Shown piece after piece: positions 30,279-40,035 of a stretch of 60,914 bases of DNA. Where the stretch lies: assembly GCA_040005235.1 (NCBI GenBank), contig JBDTZG010000031.1, positions 1 to 60,914 on the forward strand, given 5' to 3'. Below the pieces are notes generated by a model. It ran no database searches, was not told where the DNA came from, and saw only the letters and a program-made list of their open reading frames with translations. Origin of the DNA: Acidobacteriota bacterium. Lineage in GTDB: Bacteria > Acidobacteriota > Thermoanaerobaculia > Multivoradales > UBA5704. The translations under genes were made by a program, and so were the position numbers. Positions within the stretch are counted from its first letter, which is position 1. Each line of letters starts with the position of its first letter.

Positions 30279-31661
30279 TTACTCCGTCGCGTCGTAATAG
30301 ACCCCGATCGTCGCCCCTTGGGCTGCGTTGATGATCCCTTCCTGCTCGCACGGCTTGTGGCGGAGGAAAGCGCCCGCATAGGTTCCGCCGTAATCGAAGG
30401 TCCCCCAGACGATGTCCTGCCAGGCGGGATGGCCCTGGGCGTCGCCGAGCAGGAAGGGGCGCGAATCGGCGAATTCCTGGACGATCCAGCCCTCCTCGGC
30501 GAGCGCCTGGTCGAGCCATTTCTGCCAGGTGTCGGGGGGGGTGTTGCGCCCGAGGTGGACCGCCAGGCCCGAGGAGGAGAGTCCCGCCTTGAGCACCAGG
30601 CGGTCGCGATGTTCGATGACCAGGTCGGGCAGGTAGCCGCGCTCGCCGGAAAAGTCGGTGAAATCGCCGACCACCCGCCGGGTCCAGGGGAAATGCCGGC
30701 GCACGATTTCGGCGTCTACGGGAGCGAGGTCGCCGCTACTTTCCAGCTCGGAGAGCAGCGCCAGGTTCGTCTTGTCGGAGAGCAGCGTTGAGAGTGGTCC
30801 GTTCCAGGCGAACGCCGTGCCGGCCATCAAGGCGGTAAAGACGCTGCGGCTGAATTGGGTGGGGGAGGCATCGAGCACGAGCTGGATCGGCAGTCCGCCG
30901 ACCTCCAGCCGCCCGGAGCGTTCGATCACCTGCTCAGGCCGGCAGAGGACGACCCGGCCCGCGACGCCGGGCAAACGCTTTTCCAGCATTGCGCGATAGC
31001 CCCGATCGACGAATGCCGTGAAGGGCTCGTTGATCACCTCGCCGCTGGTCAAGGCGAGGTTCAGCTCGCCGGACGCCGCGAGACCGCGGGCGCGGCCGAC
31101 CTCGATGAAATGGACGTACGACTCGTCGAGCGGATCGGTGAGCGACACCTTGCCGCCCTGTTCGTCGAGAAAGCGCGCGAGCGGCGGCACGCGCCGGTAG
31201 CGGCCGTGCCAGCCGCCGACCTCCCAGCCGCCCAAGTTGCCGGCGGCATTCACCTCGCACACCTGCAAACCCTCGGCGGTCCAGATCAGGTCGGCGCGGG
31301 AGACCATGTCTTTCAAGCAGTCGGTCTTGGTCACCAGCGCGGCGATCAGTTGCGCGATCTCTTTCGGCATGCGATAGAACTCGGCGAGCGCCTGCGGGTC
31401 GAGGGCGAAGACGCGGCTCGGGATTTCGCACACCAGACGGCAGACGTCGGTGGTCGCCCGCGCCAGCTCCTGTTTCGCGGCCGGTCCCAGGAACATCAGC
31501 CATCGCTGGAGGTCGTAGCGCAGAAAGGCGTCGCGTTCGGCGAGCGCAGCGAAGGCGGCCTCGTCGCGGCACTCAGGATCGGCGAGGAAGAACTCTGCGA
31601 AGCGTTGCTGCACGGCGGACCACTCGCCCTGGTCGCTTAGCATCTGAGGGGTGACTTCCAA
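30279..31661 (-). CDS. Circularly permuted ATP-grasp (glutathionylspermidine synthase-like) amide ligase
   Basis: RADL, VCEVNAAGNLGG, DKTNLALLS, PWTRRV, LVLK...SG..VHLG, WIVQEF. Start TTG 31661 or ATG 31643. Confidence 0.75.
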   Translation of the reverse strand: MEVTPQMLSDQGEWSAVQQRFAEFFLADPECRDEAAFAALAERDAFLRYDLQRWLMFLGPAAKQELARATTDVCRLVCEIPSRVFALDPQALAEFYRMPKEIAQLIAALVTKTDCLKDMVSRADLIWTAEGLQVCEVNAAGNLGGWEVGGWHGRYRRVPPLARFLDEQGGKVSLTDPLDESYVHFIEVGRARGLAASGELNLALTSGEVINEPFTAFVDRGYRAMLEKRLPGVAGRVVLCRPEQVIERSGRLEVGGLPIQLVLDASPTQFSRSVFTALMAGTAFAWNGPLSTLLSDKTNLALLSELESSGDLAPVDAEIVRRHFPWTRRVVGDFTDFSGERGYLPDLVIEHRDRLVLKAGLSSSGLAVHLGRNTPPDTWQKWLDQALAEEGWIVQEFADSRPFLLGDAQGHPAWQDIVWGTFDYGGTYAGAFLRHKPCEQEGIINAAQGATIGVYYDATE

Positions 31662-31741
31662 GGGTAATCCTCCGGATCGGCGAAGTTTACCGCGAACCCC
31701 GGACCTTGGCGGCGGGGGGGGCGTGCCGATACAATCGTCCC

Positions 31742-32188
31742 ATGAGCAACGAAAGTCAGGTTCTGGTGCGTCAGATCGACGATCTCGACATCTCGGCGGT
31801 CGTGGCGATCGACGAGCGGATCGGCGGCGCCTACCGTCCGGAAGTTTGGGAGCGCCGAATCAGTTATCACCTTCGTCGCGATCCGGAGACGGCGCTCGCG
31901 GCCGAGCACGAGGGAGAGGTCGTCGGCTTCATGCTCGGCGACGTGCGCTCCGGCGAGTTCGGTCTGGAAGAGGCGACCGGCTGGATCGAAGTGGTGGGCG
32001 TCGACCCGCGTACCCGCGGACTGGGGATCGGCAAGAAGCTCGCCGAAGAGATGTTCGCGCGCTTTCGCGCCCGTGGCGCCGCGAGCGTGCGAACGTTGGT
32101 CGAGAACGATCGCGACGAGCTGGTCAAGTTCTTCGGCTCGGTCGGATTTGAACCGGCGAAGCTGACCGCGCTGGTACGAGCGATCTGA
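31742..32188 (+). CDS. GNAT family N-acetyltransferase
   Basis: VVGFMLG, VGVDPRTRGLGIGKKL, FFGSVGF. Confidence 0.9.
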   Translation: MSNESQVLVRQIDDLDISAVVAIDERIGGAYRPEVWERRISYHLRRDPETALAAEHEGEVVGFMLGDVRSGEFGLEEATGWIEVVGVDPRTRGLGIGKKLAEEMFARFRARGAASVRTLVENDRDELVKFFGSVGFEPAKLTALVRAI

Positions 32189-32208
32189 CCTGACCTGACC
32201 TGACCTGA
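32185..32208. repeat. Pentanucleotide microsatellite (CTGAC) x about 5
   Basis: ctgacctgacctgacctgacctga, overlapping the GNAT stop codon. Confidence 0.85.
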
Positions 32209-32265
32209 TTGGATCGGACGAAAAGCGAGCAGGACGGCCTACCCTGCCGAGGAGCTATAGAGACG

Positions 32266-33597
32266 ATGAGCCAGAGAACCGAAGAGCTGCCAGCTAAGTT
32301 CCACGGCGCCGTAATCAACTGGCGCGAGGCTTACTTGCCCGATTTTCCGCTACTGATGGAGAGCTGGGAGAAGTTTTTCCCGACCGAGCCGAAGTTCAAG
32401 CTCTGCGCGTTCCGCCAATTGGGGATGTGCACGACCATCGAGTGCGGCGAGCACACCGGCAAGCCGAAATACCAGAAGGCGGGGGAGATGGCTCCCGAGA
32501 CGGCGCACCACCTGTACGGGGCGATTCGCGCCCAGGCCTCGACCGAATTCGGCTCGATCCAACAGCATCGGCTCACCCTCGCCCGCGCCCAGAACGAAGA
32601 GGAGCAGTTCTGGGTCTTGCGCATGATGGCCGAAGAGCTCCGGCACGGCTACCAAATGCTCCACCTGTTGGCCGGCGACGACTGGAGCAACGTCACCTCG
32701 GAGAGCACCGAGCAGATGATCGAGGGCATCCTCTCGATGAACACCGGCTCGCACCTCTTGAGCGCGTTCAACATCGATTTCGATTCGTTCGTCGACAGCG
32801 TTGTGTTCTGCGGCCTGATCGACCGGGTGGGCAAGTACCAGCTTTCGATGCAGAAGGTGAGCGCCTACCAGCCGATGGCCGAGAGCATGCCGCGGATGCT
32901 GCAGGAAGAAGCGTTCCACCTCGCGGCCGGCGTCGTGCCGATGCGCCGCTGGGTGACCCGCGCGGCGGCGGGCGACGTGACGATCACCGTCTCCGCGCTC
33001 CAAAAGACGATCAACAAGTGGTTGCAGCGCGGCCTCGAAATGTTCGGCGACGAGCGCGGCGGCGCCTCGAACGTAAAGATGGGCCTAAAGCCGCTCAAAA
33101 ACTACGAGGCGCAGCAGCAGTATCGCGACGAGGTGGGCAAACTGGTCCGCGACCTGAACATGCGCCACCTGCGCGCCCGGGTGCCCAGCCTTTCGATCGG
33201 CGAAGCGGAGAAAACTCTCGACCGCATCCTCGCCGGCGAGGTGCTCGAGGGGATCGGGCGCGACGATCTGCTGCGCCTGCCTCACGCGGATTTCTTCCGC
33301 CGCCGCGGCGCCCCGGCGTTCACGATGATCGGTCGCGACGGGGAAAAATTCGACGACGTCGTGGCCTACGCCAAGCATCTCGCGCAGAACCTCCCCGAGC
33401 CGTATCTCGCGAACCGCGACTTTTCGGAATATCTCGACCTGCTCGGCCAGGTGACGCGGGGCGAAACGACCGCCGAGGCGGCCGGCGCCAAATCGCCGAC
33501 TCTGCGGCGCGTCGGCGGCGCCTGCCCCTGCTCGAAAGCCGTTCGCTGGGTGGTCGACGATCCGACGCCAGCGTCCCCGGTTCTCGTCGGCGCGTGA
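32266..33597 (+). CDS. Ferritin-like diiron aryl-CoA epoxidase subunit (BoxB/PaaA-like)
   Basis: QASTEFGS, EELRHGYQM, DRVGKYQL, EEAFH (two ExxH motifs), INKW..RGLEMFG. Confidence 0.78.
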   Translation: MSQRTEELPAKFHGAVINWREAYLPDFPLLMESWEKFFPTEPKFKLCAFRQLGMCTTIECGEHTGKPKYQKAGEMAPETAHHLYGAIRAQASTEFGSIQQHRLTLARAQNEEEQFWVLRMMAEELRHGYQMLHLLAGDDWSNVTSESTEQMIEGILSMNTGSHLLSAFNIDFDSFVDSVVFCGLIDRVGKYQLSMQKVSAYQPMAESMPRMLQEEAFHLAAGVVPMRRWVTRAAAGDVTITVSALQKTINKWLQRGLEMFGDERGGASNVKMGLKPLKNYEAQQQYRDEVGKLVRDLNMRHLRARVPSLSIGEAEKTLDRILAGEVLEGIGRDDLLRLPHADFFRRRGAPAFTMIGRDGEKFDDVVAYAKHLAQNLPEPYLANRDFSEYLDLLGQVTRGETTAEAAGAKSPTLRRVGGACPCSKAVRWVVDDPTPASPVLVGA

Positions 33598-33637
33598 TCG
33601 CTCGGCCCATCAACGGAGAACGGGAGGGGAGGTCGCA

Positions 33638-34537
33638 ATGAAGCTCTTCGATCGGCTGATCGTCACGGGCCTGCCCCTGGTCCCCAAGGCGATCGTCGGC
33701 AAGGTCGCAGCCCGCTACGTTTCGGGGGCGACGCTCGACGACGCGATTCGCACGATCCGCGAGCTGAACGCGGCGGGCGCCATGGTCACGCTCGACCTAC
33801 TCGGCGAGGAGGTCGCCGAACGGGCGAAGGCGACCGCCTCGGTCGATGAGTATCTGCGGATCTTGAGCCAAGTCCATGCGCTCGGCCTCGATGCGAACGT
33901 TTCGATCAAACCGACCATGCTCGGGATGAAGATCGACCTCGGCTTCTGCCGCGAATCGATCGAGCGGATCGTCGCCGCCGCCAAAGGGTTCGGCAACTTC
34001 GTCCGCATCGACATGGAGGACGCCTCGACCACCGATGCGACGCTCGCGATCTTCCGCGAGCTGTTCGAAAAATACGGCAACGTCGGCGTCGTCCTCCAGG
34101 CCTACATGCGGCGCACTCTCGCCGACATCGCGGCGCTGCCGGAAAAGGGCGTCAACATCCGGATCTGCAAAGGGATCTACATCGAATCGCGGAAAGTCGC
34201 CTGGAAGGGGTACGAGACGGTCCGCGCCAACTACGTCCAGGCGCTCGACAAGCTGATCCGCCAAGGGGTCTATCCGGCAATCGCCACCCACGACGAGTAT
34301 CTCGTCTGCGCGGCGCTCGGGCTGATCGAAAAGCATGGCCTGGCGCGCGAGCAGTACGAATTCCAGATGCTGCTCGGCGTGGACGAGGAGCTGCGGAAGA
34401 TTCTGATCGCCGGAGGGCACCGGCTGCGCGTCTACGTGCCGTACGGGCGCGACTGGTATCCCTACTCGATCCGCCGCCTACGCGAGAACCCCGAGATCGC
34501 CCGCCACGTCATGCGCTCGATGCTCGCGGGCAAGTAG
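33638..34537 (+). CDS. Monofunctional proline dehydrogenase
   Basis: DLLGE, SIKPT, RIDMED, QAYMRR, RICKGIY.E, IATHD, FQMLLG, YVPYG..WYPY..RRL.E. Confidence 0.93.
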   Translation: MKLFDRLIVTGLPLVPKAIVGKVAARYVSGATLDDAIRTIRELNAAGAMVTLDLLGEEVAERAKATASVDEYLRILSQVHALGLDANVSIKPTMLGMKIDLGFCRESIERIVAAAKGFGNFVRIDMEDASTTDATLAIFRELFEKYGNVGVVLQAYMRRTLADIAALPEKGVNIRICKGIYIESRKVAWKGYETVRANYVQALDKLIRQGVYPAIATHDEYLVCAALGLIEKHGLAREQYEFQMLLGVDEELRKILIAGGHRLRVYVPYGRDWYPYSIRRLRENPEIARHVMRSMLAGK

Positions 34538-35826
34538 TGGTTTCCGACCCACCGCCGGCCGCCGCGCCGGATTCCTCGGCGAATCCCTCTCCGGATTCAT
34601 CGTCCAACCGCTCGCCCGACGCGGCGATCCGTTTCATCGTCGATCTCGCCCGCGCCCTCCATCGCTACGGCACGACGGCGCACCGGCTGGAAAACGCGCT
34701 CCAGGGGGTCGCCCACCGGCTGGGCCTCGAAGCGCAGTTCTTCTCGACGCCGACGGCAGTCTTCCTCTCCGCCGGCTTGCCGGGCGAAGAAGCGAAGACA
34801 GTGCTGATTCGGGTCCAGCCCGAAGCGATGAACCTCGAGCGCCTGGCGCTGCTCGACAGCCTGGCCACCGAAGTCATGCTCGGCGAGGTCTCAGTCGAAA
34901 CCGCGGCGGAGAGGATTGCCGCGATCAACACCGCGCCGCAGCGCTACGGCCAAGGCTTGGTGCTCATCTCTTCGGCGATCGCCTCGGCCACCGCGGCGCG
35001 CTTCTTCGGCGGCGGCTGGCGGGAGGTTCTGGCCGGCGGCCTCCTCGGCCTGGTGATCGGCCTGCTGGGGCTCTACTCGGGTCCTCGTCCCTGGCTCGGC
35101 CGCCTGTTCGAGCCGATGGCCGCGGCGCTCGCCTCTTTCCTTGCGACCTTCGCCGCGGCGCACGGCGACCGGATTTCGGTCTACATCGTCACCCTCTCGG
35201 CGTTGATCACCCTGGTGCCGGGGCTCTCGCTCACGGTTGCCATGTCGGAGCTATCCACCCGCGACCTCTCCTCAGGCAGCGCCAGGCTCGCCAACGCGCT
35301 GATGATCTTCCTGGCGCTCGCATTCGGCGTGGCGTTCGGAGCGCAGCTCGCCTCGCTGTTGATCGCCGGAACGCCCGCCGTGGGGCTGATCCACCCGATT
35401 CCGCTGCCGGCTTGGACCGAATGGGTCGCCCTGCTGATCGCACCGCTCGGCTTCGTCGTCCTCCTCCGGGCCAGCCCGCGCGACATCCCCTGGATCTTGA
35501 TCGCCGGAGTCACGGCCTATTTCGGCGTCCGCCTCGGAGCCCGAGCCCTCGGCCCCCAGCTTGGCGCCTTCGCCGGAGCGGTGGCAGTAGGAGCTGGCAG
35601 CAACCTCTACGCCCGCTTCCTCGACCGGCCCGCCGCGGTTGTGCAAGTCCCCGGCATCCTCTTCCTGGTCCCCGGCAGCATCGGCTTCAAAAGCCTCGCT
35701 GCCCTCCTCGAAAGCGACGTCGTCTCGGGCATCGAGACGGCGTTTCGCATGACGCTCGTCGCGATCGCCCTGGTCGCGGGTTTGTTAGTCTCGAACGTCG
35801 TTGTGCCCCCCAGAAAAGCGTTGTAA
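34537..35826 (+). CDS. Threonine/serine exporter family (ThrE)
   Basis: G....RLE, FSTPT, LVPGLSLT..MSEL, PGILFLVPGS, about 10 TM segments. Confidence 0.88.
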   Translation: MVSDPPPAAAPDSSANPSPDSSSNRSPDAAIRFIVDLARALHRYGTTAHRLENALQGVAHRLGLEAQFFSTPTAVFLSAGLPGEEAKTVLIRVQPEAMNLERLALLDSLATEVMLGEVSVETAAERIAAINTAPQRYGQGLVLISSAIASATAARFFGGGWREVLAGGLLGLVIGLLGLYSGPRPWLGRLFEPMAAALASFLATFAAAHGDRISVYIVTLSALITLVPGLSLTVAMSELSTRDLSSGSARLANALMIFLALAFGVAFGAQLASLLIAGTPAVGLIHPIPLPAWTEWVALLIAPLGFVVLLRASPRDIPWILIAGVTAYFGVRLGARALGPQLGAFAGAVAVGAGSNLYARFLDRPAAVVQVPGILFLVPGSIGFKSLAALLESDVVSGIETAFRMTLVAIALVAGLLVSNVVVPPRKAL

Positions 35827-35904
35827 AGCCCGCGAACGCCCCGAGCGGACTCAGTCTGAAGCGAGCGCACAAGTTTCTGCCGGCCAACGTCGCCGGGGAA
35901 ACGC

Positions 35905-36290
35905 CGAGGGCCGCTATCCGCTCCGTGCGCTTCACCATCCTGCGCGGCAATCGTTGATTCGGCGAATTCCGCGAAAATCCGCCGGAGACGACGCCGAAAC
36001 GGCCTCGTAAAGCCGCTATCGGCTGCTGACAGCGACTCTTCGGTCTTCGCTAGCGGCTATCTGGCTCCGGATCGCTGCATCGCCCGTGTATTCCCGCTAT
36101 CGGCGCCTGGATTGCGGGCAGCGCTCCTCGAAAGCCGCCATCGCTCGCAGAGAGCGGCGTGGCGGCGCCGGATCGCGGCTGCCGGTCTCGGATAGCCGCT
36201 ATCGGCCAAGGGATCGCGCGTTTTTCCTCTCGAATCCCGCTCTCCGCGCCGGACGCCCGAATCCAGCGGCGGAAAGCCGCTATCGGCCGT
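35905..36290. repeat. Degenerate non-coding tandem array, period 20-21 bp, palindromic core GATAGCCGCTATC
   Basis: Core copies at 35910, 36012, 36053, 36093, 36134, 36195 and 36276, with weaker copies in phase between them. Confidence 0.7.
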
Positions 36291-36609
36291 CACCCCGCGA
36301 GCGCGGCGGGCGCTGGCGCCCAGCGGGACTCGCTGAGCGCCAGCTGAGGGCCCACTAAGGGATCGCCACCTCTCTCCGGGTGAAGAGAGAGGCCGGCGCA
36401 TTTCAGCCGTCGGTCCCCGGCGGGAGCAGGCGCCCGGCTCGTCACCCCCTCCCGTGGTATCCTCCCAGGTCACGCCGTGCAAGCGGCGTCCATCCGCCGG
36501 GAATTCCGCGCGACAGTTCAATTGGAGATCGAGCCGGGCCGCTTCGCTCTTGCGGTGGGGCCGAGCCTCGAATAGGGAGAGCGGGTTCGCTCTCTCCGAA
36601 GGAGTATCT

Positions 36610-38439
36610 GTGACCCGCGAACATAGCGCCAATAAAAATACTGCCCGCCGCGAGGACGTTCGAAACCTCGCGATCATCGCCCACGTCGACCATGGCAAGA
36701 CCACTTTGGTCGATGCCATGCTCTGGCAGAGCGGCATCTTCGGCGCCCATGAGCACATCGTCGAACGGGTCATGGACTCGAACGATTTGGAACGGGAGCG
36801 AGGCATCACCATCCTCGCCAAGAACACCGCGGTCATGTTCCGCGGCACCAAGATCAACATCGTCGACACCCCCGGCCACGCCGATTTCGGCGGCGAGGTG
36901 GAGCGGACGCTCAAGATGGTCGACGGCGTCATGCTGCTGGTCGACGCTTCGGAAGGGCCGTTGCCGCAGACCCGTTTCGTGCTCAAGAAGGCACTCGAAG
37001 CGGGGCTCGCGCCGATCGTCGTGATCAACAAGATCGACCGCCAGGACGCCCGCGTGTCCGAGGTGGTGAACGAGGTCTACGACCTGTTCATCGACCTCGA
37101 CGCGACCGAGGACCAACTCGACTTTCCGGTCCTCTACGCCAACGCCCGCGCCGGCCGCTGCCGGACCGAGGCCGAAGGGCCGGAGACCAATCTGCAGCCG
37201 CTGTTCGAACAGATCATCAAGTCGGTGCCCGCCCCGACCTACGATCCCGATGCGCCGCTTCAGATGCTGGTCGTCACCCTCGATTACGACGACTACGTGG
37301 GGCGCTTGGCGATCGGCCGGGTGTTCAACGGCACGATCAAGAAGGCGCAGGAAGTGGCGCTCTGCGAGCTGAACGGCAAGATCAGCCCGGGCAAAGTCGC
37401 GCAGCTCTACGGCTACGAGGGGTTGAAGCGGATCGACATCGCTGAGGCCGGGCCGGGCGACATCGTGGCGATCGCCGGTCTCGACCCGGTCTCGATCGGC
37501 GAGACCGTCACCGTGCGCGACGACCCGCGGCCGCTACCCGCGATCCACGTCGACGAGCCGACGATCGCGATGGTCTTCTCGGTCAACGACTCGCCGTTCG
37601 CCGGTCTCGAGGGCAAGCACGTCACCTCGCGCAAGCTGAAAGAGCGGCTGGAAAAAGAGATCCTCACCAACGTCTCGATCCAGGTCGAGCCGGGCGACAC
37701 CCCCGACGTATTCAAGGTCGCGGGGCGTGGCGAGCTGCAACTCGCGATCTTGATCGAGATGATGCGCCGCGAAGGGTTCGAGCTGGCGGTTGGCAAGCCG
37801 GAAGTTCTGACCCGGCACATCGATGGCGTTTTGCACGAGCCGATGGAACACCTGGTGATCGACTGCCCGGAAATCTCGATCGGCGTCGTCACCCAAAAGA
37901 TCGGCGAGCGCAAAGGGCGGATGATGAATTTGGTCAACCACGGCTCGGGTCGCGTGCGGATCGAGTTCCGCCTGCCTTCGCGCGGGTTGATCGGCTTCCG
38001 CGGGGTGTTTCTGACCGACACCAAAGGGGCGGGGATCATGAATCACCTGTTCGACGGCTTCGCGCCCTGGCAGGGGGAGATCGAGCACCGGGCGACGGGG
38101 GTGTTGATTTCCGACCGCCCCGGCAAGGCAACCGCCTACGCGATCGAGCATCTCCAGCCGCGGGGCGAGCTGTTCGTCGCGCCGACCGACGAGGTCTACG
38201 AAGGCATGGTGGTGGGGGAGCACAGCCGCGACAACGACCTGGACGTCAACGTGGTGCGCGAAAAGAAGCTCACCAACATGCGCGCTTCCGGCTCGGAAGA
38301 TCTGGTCCGGCTGGTGCCGCCGCGGCTGATGAACCTGGAGCAGGCGCTCGAATTCATCCGCGAGGACGAGCTGGTTGAGGTGACGCCGAAGGCATTCCGG
38401 TTGCGGAAGCGCATCCTCCAGGCGAACCGCCGGAAGTAG
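36610..38439 (+). CDS. typA: Translational GTPase TypA/BipA
   Basis: [53 protein letters not shown] after GAAGGAG. Confidence 0.97.
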   Translation: MTREHSANKNTARREDVRNLAIIAHVDHGKTTLVDAMLWQSGIFGAHEHIVERVMDSNDLERERGITILAKNTAVMFRGTKINIVDTPGHADFGGEVERTLKMVDGVMLLVDASEGPLPQTRFVLKKALEAGLAPIVVINKIDRQDARVSEVVNEVYDLFIDLDATEDQLDFPVLYANARAGRCRTEAEGPETNLQPLFEQIIKSVPAPTYDPDAPLQMLVVTLDYDDYVGRLAIGRVFNGTIKKAQEVALCELNGKISPGKVAQLYGYEGLKRIDIAEAGPGDIVAIAGLDPVSIGETVTVRDDPRPLPAIHVDEPTIAMVFSVNDSPFAGLEGKHVTSRKLKERLEKEILTNVSIQVEPGDTPDVFKVAGRGELQLAILIEMMRREGFELAVGKPEVLTRHIDGVLHEPMEHLVIDCPEISIGVVTQKIGERKGRMMNLVNHGSGRVRIEFRLPSRGLIGFRGVFLTDTKGAGIMNHLFDGFAPWQGEIEHRATGVLISDRPGKATAYAIEHLQPRGELFVAPTDEVYEGMVVGEHSRDNDLDVNVVREKKLTNMRASGSEDLVRLVPPRLMNLEQALEFIREDELVEVTPKAFRLRKRILQANRRK

Positions 38440-38591
38440 GGCCGGCCTCTTGGCCGCCCTTGATTCGGCGGCGCTCGCGTTCGGGCCGTCGGTCGTTTAT
38501 ACTGCCGCAGCATATTTTGACGACAGTCGACCGACGGTCCGGCGCGGTATCCGCCGCGGGGAGGGTGCCGGCGGTGAGGAGGGGGCCTCTT

Positions 38592-39929
38592 ATGACTCGA
38601 GCGCTACGCCTGCCAGTCTTCCGCCATGCCCTCTGGGCATTGGCAATCCTGCCGTTCGCCCAGGGTGCCCACGCGGTGATCTGCACTGCCGATCCGACCC
38701 CCGCCGCCACCCTGCTGCTACCTTATTTTGAGGTCGATCTTGACGACCCGAACGGTATCGACACGCTGTTCTCGATCAACAACGCGTCGTCCGCCGCGGT
38801 GCTCGCCCACGTCGTCCTATGGACCGACCTGTCGGTGCCGACGTTCGATTTCAACGTCTATCTGACCGGCTACGACGTCCAGACGATCAGCCTGCGCGAG
38901 ATCTTTTCGGGCACTGCGCCGCGCACCGCGCCGGTCGGCCAAGACCCGGGCGACACGATCAGCCCGCGCGGTCCCTTCTCTCAGGATGTGAGCTTCGCGA
39001 GCTGCGCGGGCCAGTTGCCGCCGCCGCCGATCCCGGCGTCGTTCCTCGCCCACCTGCGCGCGGCGCATACGGGGAAATTCTCGCCGTTCTTGAACGGCTG
39101 CTCGGGTCTCGCGTTCGGCGACTCGATCGCCCGGGGGTACGTGACGGTCGACGTGGTCAACAACTGCACCCTGCGCTTTCCCGGCGACGCCGGGTATTTC
39201 GCCTCCGGCGGCACCGGCGATGCGACGAACCAGAACGTTCTATGGGGCGATTACTTCGCGGTCAACGGAAGCGAAAACTCGGCGCATGGCGACAACCTGG
39301 TCCACATCGAGGCGTCGGCGAAGAATCCGGAGACTTCGGTGCCCGGCCAATACACGTTCTATGGTCGCTACGTGAACTGGACCGCGGCGGACAACCGCGA
39401 GCCGCTCGCGACCAATTTCGCGTTCCGCTACCAGAACGGCGGCGCCTTCGATGGCGGGACCGACGTGATCGTCTGGCGCGATTCGAAGGTCGACCAAAAC
39501 GCCTTCAAATGCGGCCAGGTGCCGTCGTGGTATGCGTTGGGCGCGGAGTTGATCCTCCTGTTCGACGAGGAGGAGAACCCGACGATGTTCATGACGCCGC
39601 CGTTCTCGCCGCAGCCGCCTTCGTTCGACATCATTCCGTTTCCCGCCGAAACGTCGCGCGTCCGGGTCATCGACGAGGAGGTCACCAACGGTCCCTACTT
39701 CATCATCCCGGCGAACGCCGATTTCGGCTGGATGTATTTGAACCTGAGCTCCACGGTGGGTCCCGCGGGCAATAACCCTCCCGAAGATCCGGCCGCGGCG
39801 CAAGCCTGGGTGAGCGTCGCCACCCATGCCGAGGGGCGCTATAGCGTTGGCTACCCGGCGATTCAGCTCGACAGCGCCTGCGACGCGGCCCACATCACAT
39901 ACGACGACGGAGGTCCGGTGCTTCCATGA
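38592..39929 (+). CDS. Secreted Cys-containing protein of unknown function (ATLLLPYFEVDL family), paralog 1
   Basis: Signal peptide ending AHA-V; strong similarity to the downstream gene. Confidence 0.85.
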   Translation: MTRALRLPVFRHALWALAILPFAQGAHAVICTADPTPAATLLLPYFEVDLDDPNGIDTLFSINNASSAAVLAHVVLWTDLSVPTFDFNVYLTGYDVQTISLREIFSGTAPRTAPVGQDPGDTISPRGPFSQDVSFASCAGQLPPPPIPASFLAHLRAAHTGKFSPFLNGCSGLAFGDSIARGYVTVDVVNNCTLRFPGDAGYFASGGTGDATNQNVLWGDYFAVNGSENSAHGDNLVHIEASAKNPETSVPGQYTFYGRYVNWTAADNREPLATNFAFRYQNGGAFDGGTDVIVWRDSKVDQNAFKCGQVPSWYALGAELILLFDEEENPTMFMTPPFSPQPPSFDIIPFPAETSRVRVIDEEVTNGPYFIIPANADFGWMYLNLSSTVGPAGNNPPEDPAAAQAWVSVATHAEGRYSVGYPAIQLDSACDAAHITYDDGGPVLP

Positions 39930-40035
39930 TCGCCCTCGCTACGAGATATATTCAACTTTGTATTACCCCACTGCCAACTTCGCCGTGCGAGCTTCGAACC
40001 CTCGCGCGGCGTCCGATCGATCGACCGGAGGCTCT

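Noticed and set aside
35905-36400. Small ORFs or a CRISPR array in the ThrE-typA intergenic region
   Set aside because: Non-triplet periodicity, no protein motifs, and no repeat-spacer structure.
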